Shown piece by piece: positions 8,273 to 15,900 of a stretch of DNA of 64,000 nt. The notes beneath the pieces are model-generated. The model saw only the letters and a list, made by a program, of their open reading frames with translations, was not told the origin of the DNA and ran no database searches. Origin of the DNA: Solirubrobacterales bacterium (GTDB taxonomy: Bacteria; Actinomycetota; Thermoleophilia; Solirubrobacterales; 70-9); assembly GCA_036525295.1 (NCBI GenBank), contig DATDAQ010000069.1:674-64673 (forward strand), given 5' to 3'. The number at the start of each line of letters is the position of its first letter. The first letter of the stretch is position 1. The translations under genes and the position numbers were made by a program.

Positions 8273-8878
8273 ATGAGACTCACCAAGATGTTCGGCCTCG
8301 CCGCGCTCGCGGCGGTGGCGGCAATGGCATTCGTCGGCGCGACGTCGGCGTCGGCCTCCGCTAACACGCAGCTCTGCACCGTCCATACAGGCTTAACATG
8401 TGGGGCTGGGAACGCAGCCACTTCGGTTCACTATGTTCTGACAGCCGGCACGGTACTGACAGTGTTAGCTGAAATTGATGTTTTATGTTTAGGCTATTTA
8501 CTGGAAAAAACCGCATTAGGATTAGGGAATCCCCAGTCGGTTCACACTACAACCCAGACGTTCTCGGGCTGCGGCACCAACGCCACGCACACCAACGCCA
8601 CGGTGACCGTTCAGGAACAGCCTTTAGCCAACCTCTTAAAGACGGGGTTAGACGAAGGAGTCTTAACAGCCACAAACGGACGCCTAAGAATTGTGGTTTC
8701 CAGCCTCGGCCTTGACTGCGTAATCGATACCGCAGGCCTGGAACTCGCAGTCAGCGAAGGGATGCTCACCGCGAATGAAACTCCCCTCACGGAATTAGGT
8801 AGCAAATTCTTTTGCCCCAACGAAGGAGTGCTGGATGCGTTACTGGAAGCATTAGGGAGCGTTTACGTTCTCGGATAA
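8273..8878 (+). CDS. Secreted paralog D (201 aa), the 6-Cys variant
   Basis: Same architecture as the others. Two of the eight conserved Cys are replaced together (NC->NA and LQC->IVV). I counted about 14 TTA codons. Confidence 0.9.
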   Translation: MRLTKMFGLAALAAVAAMAFVGATSASASANTQLCTVHTGLTCGAGNAATSVHYVLTAGTVLTVLAEIDVLCLGYLLEKTALGLGNPQSVHTTTQTFSGCGTNATHTNATVTVQEQPLANLLKTGLDEGVLTATNGRLRIVVSSLGLDCVIDTAGLELAVSEGMLTANETPLTELGSKFFCPNEGVLDALLEALGSVYVLG

Positions 8879-8898
8879 AAGCTTTAAGGCAGCCACCA

Positions 8899-8930
8899 CG
8901 CACCGATCCGTGCACACGCGGATCGGTGCG
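8899..8930 (+). terminator. Conserved hairpin, copy 5
   Basis: A perfect 12-bp stem 20 nt after the paralog D stop. Confidence 0.45.
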
Positions 8931-9116
8931 TGCGCTGTCTGGTCATCTCGCCAGGTGCAGGGGGAATCGGGCGCCCCTCAGACTGGGGCGATGGGTAGGG
9001 GTAGCAAAGCTCGACATCGCATCGGCGGAGGCTCAGGATCGCCTGTGAGAAGCCCGCCGCTCGGCGGGCACTGAGCAAGCGACCCCGGCGAACGCTCGCC
9101 GGAAGGGAGATTCACC

Positions 9117-9719
9117 ATGAGACTCATCAAGACGTTCGGCCTCGCCGCGCTCGCGGCGGTGGCGGCAATGGCATTCGTCGGCGCGACATCGGCGTCGGCC
9201 ACCAGCACGCAGGTCTGCACCTCCCACACGGGCTTAACCTGTGGGGCTGGACAAGGAGCGGGCACGATCCATGCGGTTCTCGCAGCCGGCACGGTCTTAA
9301 AGCTCTTAGCCCCAATAAATGTCTTATGTTTAGGAGAGTTATGGGAATCCACTGCCTTAGGGTTAGGTAATCCACAGTCGATTCATTTCACAAGCAAAAC
9401 ATCCACTGGTTGTGGCACCGGATCGGCGCACAGCAACTGTACGTTAACTACACAAGAACAACCATTAGCCAATCTATTAAAGACAGGGTTAGATGAAGGC
9501 ATCTTGACATTAACAAGTGGCCGTTTACGTCTACAGTGCCCCAATATCGGCATCGACTGCGTGTATGACGCTGAAGGCATCGAACTCGCGGGCGGAGGCG
9601 GGCACTGGACCATGGAAGAAACCCCCACCAATGAATTAGGCGGCAAATTCTTCTGCCCCGACGAAGGACTCATCGACTCGTTAATGGAAACGTTAGGAGA
9701 GGCGCACATCCTCGGGTAG
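9117..9719 (+). CDS. Secreted 8-Cys paralog E (200 aa), third subtype
   Basis: Same architecture as the others. I counted about 17 TTA codons. Confidence 0.9.
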   Translation: MRLIKTFGLAALAAVAAMAFVGATSASATSTQVCTSHTGLTCGAGQGAGTIHAVLAAGTVLKLLAPINVLCLGELWESTALGLGNPQSIHFTSKTSTGCGTGSAHSNCTLTTQEQPLANLLKTGLDEGILTLTSGRLRLQCPNIGIDCVYDAEGIELAGGGGHWTMEETPTNELGGKFFCPDEGLIDSLMETLGEAHILG

Positions 9720-9734
9720 GTCCAAGGTGGAACT

Positions 9735-9760
9735 GCACCCCGCCAAGTTCGCCGGGGTGC
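9735..9760 (+). terminator. Distinct GC hairpin closing the array (GCACCCCG-10nt-CGGGGTGC)
   Basis: An 8-bp perfect stem 15 nt after the paralog E stop. There is no U-tract. Confidence 0.45.
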
Positions 9761-10069
9761 GGTCCGCCGCTCTAGAAACCAAATACACCGTCGGCATACT
9801 TCGAGCTTGCGCCCTTAGGCGCGTGCGCGTTTTCGATATGTTGTGGTTTGCAGGCAATTGTGACGCATCGAGCTTCTGGGGTTGAGTGTGTTGGAGAAAT
9901 CGCCTTGATTGGCAGTCGGCGAACTGTTATTTCATACACACCCCTTGCCAGGCAGTAGAAACCAGCGTCGCTGGGGACTCCGGCTCGGTCTGTGGGTTTG
10001 GACAACGTTCGGTGCTGAAGCCCTACCGAGCGTGTTTGTGATGAGCCATAAGTCGACCCCCTACTTTCG

Positions 10070-13000
10070 TCAGCGGGGGGCCGAGCGGTGGGAGTGGGCG
10101 GGGCCGGTGGTCCCGCCCACTCTGCCGCGCACAGTGCCGGCGATCAGCTCGTCGGGGGCCTCGTCCTCTGGAATGAAGCCCGACTTCATGCCGAAGTAGA
10201 CAGCCTGAGGGTGGTGGGCGACAATCGCCACCGTTGACTGCTCGGGCAGGACGGCGTAGCCGCCGGAGAGGGTCATCCCGATCTGCTCGAGGTCGAGCAG
10301 GCGCCAGACCTTCTCGTGCTCGGACTGGTCCGGGCAGGCGGGGTAACCCCAGGAGTAGCGGCGGCCCTGGTCGAGCGGTATGGCGAGGTCGCGGCGGACC
10401 TCGGAGTGCAGCCACTCGGCCAGTCCCTCCGCCGCCTGTACGCCGAGGCCATGGACGAAGAGCTGCTCGGCGAACTCGCCTTCCCGCTCCAGCCGCTCGA
10501 TCAGCTCGGTCACCTCGGGCCCGACGGTTACGCCCTGCAGAGCGACGACGTCGCGTTCGCCGGACTTCAGCGGTCGGAAGAAGTCCGCCAGGCAGATCCG
10601 GTCGTGCTTGGGCTGGCGCGGGAAGGCGAGCCGCTCGAGCTCCCGCCCGGCGTCCTCTGGATCGAAGACGACCAGCTCGTTGCCATCGGCCGCCGCCGGG
10701 AAGTACCCGAGCCTGGCCCGCGGGTGAAGATAGTCCTGCTCGTGCCACATACGCTCGAGGCGGGGCGCGAAACCCTCCTCGCCGTCGGCTCCCTCGACCA
10801 GCTGCCGCCAGGCCTCGCCCTTTACCCCACGCCCGCCCCAGTGCAGCTTGAAGAGCACGTGGCGGTCGAGGTGGGGGAAGACCTGGTCGAGGTCGATCTC
10901 GACCTCGCGCACTCCCCAGAAGGGCGGCTCGGGGACCGGCACGTCGGTGCGGGCCGCTGAGCGGACGCTCGCGTCGGTGGTCGGCGGTCCGTCGTCGGCC
11001 TTCGCCGGCTTCTCGCGCAGCTCCTGTGCCTCGGCGCGGATCCGGGAGACCAGCGCCTCGCGCGCCTCTTCGTCGACCAGCGCATCCATCGTGTCGAGGC
11101 CCTGGAAGGCGTCCTTGCAGTAGAAGACACCGGGTCCATAGACCTCGTCGGATTCCTTCCCCTGCGGGTAGAGCGTGCGGCGGCCGAAGTCGCGGTTGAT
11201 CGCCGCGCCTCCTATCAGCACCGGGAAGCCGAGCCCGCGCTGGTGCAGCTCCTGGACGCAGATCGGCATCTGCTTCGAGGTCGAGACGAGCAGGGCGGAG
11301 AGGCCGATCGCGTCGGCCTCGTTCTCGACCGCGGCCTCGATGATCGCGTCAACCGGGACCTGCTTGCCGAGGTCGATCACGGTGTAGCCGTTGTTGGTGA
11401 GGATCGTGTTGACCAGCGACTTGCCGATGTCGTGCACGTCGCCGAAGACGGTGGCGATCACCACCTTGCCCTTGGTGTGGCCGTCGATCCGGTCGAGGTA
11501 GTTCTCCAGCTGCGCCACGGCGCGCTTCATCGCTTCGGCCGACTGCAGGACGAAGGGCAGGATCAGTTCGCCGGCGCCGAACTTGTCGCCGACCTCCTTC
11601 ATCGCCGGCAGCAGCACCTCGTTCAGCGTCGGCACGGCGCCGATCTTCTCGACCGAGCGGTCGATCCACACCTCGACCCCATCCTTCTTGCGGCGCAGGA
11701 TGTGCCAGTGCAGGGCATCCTCGGGCTCCATCCCCTCGGTCGGGTCGCCCGCCTCCTCGGCGGCCTCCTCGCCCTTGGACTCGAAGTGGGCGATGAAGCG
11801 CTCCAGCGCGTCCTCGCGGCGGTCGAAGACGAGGTCGTCGGTCAGCTCGCGCTCGGAGGTGGAGATCTCCGAGTAGGGGGTGATGTGGTTGGGGTTGACC
11901 ATCGCCAGGTCGAGCCCGGCCTCGACGCAGTGGTGCAGGAAGACCGAGTTGAGGACCGCGCGGGCCGGTTGCGAGACGCCAAAGGAGACGTTGGAGACCC
12001 CGAGCGAGGTCTTGACGCCGGGCAGCTCGGCCTTGATCCGGCGGATCCCGTCGATCGTCTCCACCGCCGAGGGCCGCCACTCGGCCTCGCCCGTGGTCAG
12101 GGTGAAGGTGAGCGCGTCGAAGATCAGCGCCTCCGGGTTGAGGCCGTGGTCCTCGCAGGCAATGTCGCGGATGCGCTTGGCGACCTCGACCTTGCGCTCG
12201 GCTGTCTTCGCCATCCCGACCTCGTCGATCGTCAGCGCGATCAGCGCCGCGCCGTGGGCCTTGGCGATCGGCACGACGACGTCGGCCTTCTCGCGGCCGG
12301 CCTCGAGGTTGACCGAGTTGACGATCGCCCGCCCGGGGATCTGCTCCAGCGCGGCCCGGATCACCTCCGGCTCGGTCGAGTCGACCTGGACCGGCGCCGG
12401 CTGGGTCAGCGAGATCCGCTTCACCACCGCCGCCATCTGCTCGTCCTCGTCGGAGCGCTCGGTCAGCGCCACGCAGACGTCGAGCACGTGGGCGCCGCCC
12501 TCGACCTGGTCCTCGGCGACCTGTACCAGGCCGTCGTAGTCGTCGGCGAGCAGCAGCTCCTTCGCCTTGCGCGAGCCCTGCGAGTTGACCCGCTCGCCGA
12601 CCAGGGTCGGCCGCGGTTCCTGGACCAGTGGTGTGGAGGTCATCATCGAAGAGACCTGGGGGGGGCCCGGGGCCGGGCGCTCGCCGGGCACGCGCCCATC
12701 GACCCGCTCGCGGATCGCCGCGACGTGCGCCGGCGTCGTGCCACAGCAGCCGCCGACGATGCCGACGCCGTAGCGCTCGACGAACTCGCCGAGGGTGGCG
12801 GCGAGCGGCTCGGGCTCTTCGGGGAAGATCGTCTCGCCGTCCGGCCCCTGCAGCGGCAGACCGGCGTTGGGTATGCAGTGGACCGGCAGCGGGCTGTTCT
12901 CGCCCAGGAAGCGGATCGCGTCGCGCATGTCCTCGGGGCCGGTCGAGCAGTTGAGCCCGATGACGTCGACGTCGAGCGCCGCAAGCGTCGTCAGCACCGC

Positions 13001-13621
13001 CTGGATGTCGGTGCCGAGCAGCATCTTGCCGCCCTGGGGCAGGAGCGAGACGCTGGTCTGGATCGGCAGCCGCCGGCCGGTTGCCGCGAAGGCCTCGCGG
13101 GCGCCGAAGATCGCCGCCTTCACCTCGAGGATGTCCTGCGCGGTCTCGATAATGATCAGGTCGGCGCCGCCCTCGACCAGACCCCGGGCCTGCTCGGCGA
13201 AGACCTCGACCAGGCGGACGAAGGTGATGTCGCCCAGGGTGGGGTCGGTGGAGGCGGGGAGGAACCCGGTCGGCCCGATCGAGCCGGCGACGAAGCGGTC
13301 GGGCCCCGCCGCCTTGCGGGCGATCTCGGCCGCCCTGACGTTGATCTCAAGCGTGTGCTCGCCCAGGCCCCACTCTTCGAGCTTCAGCCGCGAGCCCTGG
13401 AAGGTGTCGGTCTCGACCACCTCGGCACCGGCATCCAGCATCGATGCGTGCACGCCCTCGATCGTGTCGGGCCGGTTCAGCACCAGCGCCTCGTGACATT
13501 TGCCCTCCAGCCCGCCGTAATCCTCCTGGGTCAGCTCGAACTGCTCCAGGGTCGCGCCCATGCCGCCGTCGAAGACGACGACGCGCTCGCGCGTAGCGGC
13601 TATGAAGTCACGCTCGGCCAT
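10070..13621 (-). CDS. metH: Cobalamin-dependent methionine synthase
   Basis: It is 1183 aa with an Hcy-methyltransferase N-terminus, a pterin-binding region, the B12-binding motif GDVHDIGK, and a C-terminal AdoMet-activation domain. Confidence 0.95.
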   Translation of the reverse strand: MAERDFIAATRERVVVFDGGMGATLEQFELTQEDYGGLEGKCHEALVLNRPDTIEGVHASMLDAGAEVVETDTFQGSRLKLEEWGLGEHTLEINVRAAEIARKAAGPDRFVAGSIGPTGFLPASTDPTLGDITFVRLVEVFAEQARGLVEGGADLIIIETAQDILEVKAAIFGAREAFAATGRRLPIQTSVSLLPQGGKMLLGTDIQAVLTTLAALDVDVIGLNCSTGPEDMRDAIRFLGENSPLPVHCIPNAGLPLQGPDGETIFPEEPEPLAATLGEFVERYGVGIVGGCCGTTPAHVAAIRERVDGRVPGERPAPGPPQVSSMMTSTPLVQEPRPTLVGERVNSQGSRKAKELLLADDYDGLVQVAEDQVEGGAHVLDVCVALTERSDEDEQMAAVVKRISLTQPAPVQVDSTEPEVIRAALEQIPGRAIVNSVNLEAGREKADVVVPIAKAHGAALIALTIDEVGMAKTAERKVEVAKRIRDIACEDHGLNPEALIFDALTFTLTTGEAEWRPSAVETIDGIRRIKAELPGVKTSLGVSNVSFGVSQPARAVLNSVFLHHCVEAGLDLAMVNPNHITPYSEISTSERELTDDLVFDRREDALERFIAHFESKGEEAAEEAGDPTEGMEPEDALHWHILRRKKDGVEVWIDRSVEKIGAVPTLNEVLLPAMKEVGDKFGAGELILPFVLQSAEAMKRAVAQLENYLDRIDGHTKGKVVIATVFGDVHDIGKSLVNTILTNNGYTVIDLGKQVPVDAIIEAAVENEADAIGLSALLVSTSKQMPICVQELHQRGLGFPVLIGGAAINRDFGRRTLYPQGKESDEVYGPGVFYCKDAFQGLDTMDALVDEEAREALVSRIRAEAQELREKPAKADDGPPTTDASVRSAARTDVPVPEPPFWGVREVEIDLDQVFPHLDRHVLFKLHWGGRGVKGEAWRQLVEGADGEEGFAPRLERMWHEQDYLHPRARLGYFPAAADGNELVVFDPEDAGRELERLAFPRQPKHDRICLADFFRPLKSGERDVVALQGVTVGPEVTELIERLEREGEFAEQLFVHGLGVQAAEGLAEWLHSEVRRDLAIPLDQGRRYSWGYPACPDQSEHEKVWRLLDLEQIGMTLSGGYAVLPEQSTVAIVAHHPQAVYFGMKSGFIPEDEAPDELIAGTVRGRVGGTTGPAHSHRSAPR

Positions 13622-13704
13622 GGTCCAAAGAGGCTACCGGGGAGGCCGAATTCCCCTGCAGCGTCGCCGTAGCCAGGGGTGCGATCACCTGGCGGAATGG
13701 GTCC

Positions 13705-15282
13705 TTAGCCGCGCAAGCCCAGGCGGCGCTTCAGGTCGCGGGCGTTGAACGCCTGGGCGACGCGGTCGATCATGCCGCGGCGGGCCTTGGTGTAGGGGTA
13801 CCAGGTGGCCTCGCGCTTGCCGCCGAAGCGGGTGATCACGACCGACTCGGTGCGGCAGTACTTCTTGATCCCCGGCTCGCCGTGGCGGTAGCCGATCCCC
13901 GACTGCTTCCAGCCGCCCATCGGCACGTCCATCGCCGCGTAGTTGACCAGCACGTCGTTGACGTTGACCGCGCCGCACTCGACCCGCCGCGCCACCTGCT
14001 CGGCTCGCTCCTTCTCGCCGAAGACCGAGCCGGAGAGGCCGTAGCGACTGTCGTTGGCAAAACGCAGCGCCTCCTCGGCGTCGCGAACCTTCATCACGCC
14101 CACCACCGGGCCGAAGGTCTCGTCGCGCATCACCTTCATCGAGTGGTCGACGTCGACCAGCACCGTCGGCTCGAAGTAGTCGCCGGGACCCGGCACCCGC
14201 TTGCCGCCTGTCAGCGCCTTCGCACCGCTGGCCAGCGCGTCGCCGACGTGATCCTCGACGATGCCGATCTGGTTGGGAGAGGTCATCGCGCCGACCTCCT
14301 TGCCGAAGCCCTTGCCGTCGGCGCCCTGGCGCAGCTCGGCGACCGCGGCGGTGAGCTTGGCGAGGAAGCTGTCGTAGGCGGGCTCCTCGACGTAGATCCG
14401 CTCCACCGACATGCAGATCTGGCCCGAGTTCATCATCCCGCCCCAGGCCGCGGCGTTCGCCGCCCGGTCGAGGTCGGCGTCGGCGAGGACGATCATCGGA
14501 TCCTTGCCGCCGAGCTCGAGGCTGACCGGGGTCAGGGTCTCGGCCGCCCGCGCCATCACCTTGCGCCCGGTGCGGTCCGACCCGGTGAACTGGACGAAGT
14601 CGACCTCGTCGACCAGCGCACCGCCGGTCTCGCCGATCCCCTGTACGCAGTCGAAGACGTCGGGGCCGCCGATCTCCTCCTTCCAGGCCTTGACCACCTC
14701 GGCCAGCCCGAGCGGGGTGAACTCGGAGGGCTTGACCACGACCGCGGCACCGGCCTGCATAGCCGGGATCGCGTCGCCAAGGGCGAGGATCAAGGGGAAG
14801 TTCCAGGGGCTGATGATGCCGACCACGGGATGGGGCCGGTACTGCACGCGCAGCTTCTTCGATGCCAGCAGCGGCGTGTGGGGCCGGACTGCCTCCTCAC
14901 CGATGAATCGCGCCGCCTTTGAGCCGTAGAAGTTGATCAGGTCGGCGAGGTAGACCGGCTCTCCCGACGCGTCGGCGCGGACCTTCCCGGTCTCGGCCTG
15001 CATCGTGTCGATCACACGCTCGGAGTTGTCGAGCAGCCAGTCGCGCAGCTTGGAGAGCCAGCGGTAGCGGCCCTCGATCCCGATCGCCTCCCACTCGGCC
15101 TGATTGGCGCGCACCCGCGCGACCGTCTCGGTGACCTTCTCGGGCGAGTCGATCGCGACGGTGGCGATCAGGCCGCCGGTCGCAGGGTTGTGGACCTCGA
15201 TCGCATCCGGCTCCGCGGCCGAGGCCGCTCCGTTCGACGCCTCGATCGCCTCGCTGCCCTTCTCGGCGGTGCCGCTCTCCAC
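13705..15282 (-). CDS. NAD(P)-dependent aldehyde dehydrogenase family protein
   Basis: Motifs FTGSDRTGRKV, ELGGKDP (catalytic Glu) and NSGQICMSVER (catalytic Cys). Confidence 0.9.
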   Translation of the reverse strand: MESGTAEKGSEAIEASNGAASAAEPDAIEVHNPATGGLIATVAIDSPEKVTETVARVRANQAEWEAIGIEGRYRWLSKLRDWLLDNSERVIDTMQAETGKVRADASGEPVYLADLINFYGSKAARFIGEEAVRPHTPLLASKKLRVQYRPHPVVGIISPWNFPLILALGDAIPAMQAGAAVVVKPSEFTPLGLAEVVKAWKEEIGGPDVFDCVQGIGETGGALVDEVDFVQFTGSDRTGRKVMARAAETLTPVSLELGGKDPMIVLADADLDRAANAAAWGGMMNSGQICMSVERIYVEEPAYDSFLAKLTAAVAELRQGADGKGFGKEVGAMTSPNQIGIVEDHVGDALASGAKALTGGKRVPGPGDYFEPTVLVDVDHSMKVMRDETFGPVVGVMKVRDAEEALRFANDSRYGLSGSVFGEKERAEQVARRVECGAVNVNDVLVNYAAMDVPMGGWKQSGIGYRHGEPGIKKYCRTESVVITRFGGKREATWYPYTKARRGMIDRVAQAFNARDLKRRLGLRG

Positions 15283-15337
15283 TGGAAACTCCCTTCGTCG
15301 GCCCTTGGCTGGTTGGCCAAGGTTACTCCCCGCGCGG

Positions 15338-15883
15338 CTACGAGCAGCCGCGCAAGCCGTACGCCGCGGTCAGCTGGGGCGTTTCCTTGAAGCTCCCTTG
15401 GGCTTCGAGGAAGGCCTGGTTGAAGGCTTCGGGGTCTTCAGCTGCTTCGTTGATCCCCTTCTGCACGGCTTCCAGGTAGGCGGCGATCTCCTGCTCGTCA
15501 CCGCTGGGCGCGCCGAGCGCGCTGATTTCGTCGATCTGCGTTTGGTAGATCTTCGCGAAATCGTCTTCGTAGAATTCGATTTCGAAGGGAGTTTCCGTGG
15601 GTTTCCGCGGGTTGTCGCGGGCTTCTTCGAAGATTGCCTTCAGCTGCGTTTCGAACTTTTCCGCGGCCTTCCTGCAGATCGGTTCCACCCTCTTGATGAA
15701 CGCCGCTTTCGAGAGCGATCCGGTATCGACGGTGATTTCGGTGCTGCCGCCGGAGGAGCCGGTTGCCGAGTCGTCGCTGTCGCCGCATCCCGCCGCGAAA
15801 AGGAGGGCAAAGGCGGTTGCCGCGATGACGAAGAGGCCTCGTATGGTCAAGAAATTCCCCCGCATTCGGGCGCAGCATAGCAT
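15338..15883 (-). CDS. Hypothetical lipoprotein
   Basis: Lipobox LFAAGCG follows a hydrophobic N-terminus. The start could be 15883 or 15865. No family recognised. Confidence 0.6.
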   Translation of the reverse strand: MLCCARMRGNFLTIRGLFVIAATAFALLFAAGCGDSDDSATGSSGGSTEITVDTGSLSKAAFIKRVEPICRKAAEKFETQLKAIFEEARDNPRKPTETPFEIEFYEDDFAKIYQTQIDEISALGAPSGDEQEIAAYLEAVQKGINEAAEDPEAFNQAFLEAQGSFKETPQLTAAYGLRGCS

Positions 15884-15900
15884 GGGGATCGAGGAGGTGC

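Larger units (their letters stand above)
5608..9760 (+). repeat. Head-to-tail array of five units, each made of hairpin, leader and gene. Unit length is 844 bp, except the first unit at 764 bp.
   Basis: Start codons lie at 5821, 6585, 7429, 8273 and 9117, giving spacings of 764, 844, 844 and 844. The leaders and signal-peptide codons are nearly identical between units. Confidence 0.95.

Noticed and set aside
5608-8930. The possibility that the regularly spaced identical hairpins form a CRISPR-like array.
   Set aside because: The spacing is about 844 bp and the intervening sequence consists of homologous protein-coding genes. There are no short unique spacers and no cas genes.
9772-10005. A 77-aa minus-strand ORF and a 96-aa plus-strand ORF (9909..10199) in the spacer after the array.
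   Set aside because: They have no SD, no family resemblance, and mixed codon usage. The second runs into the metH 3' end in antisense.
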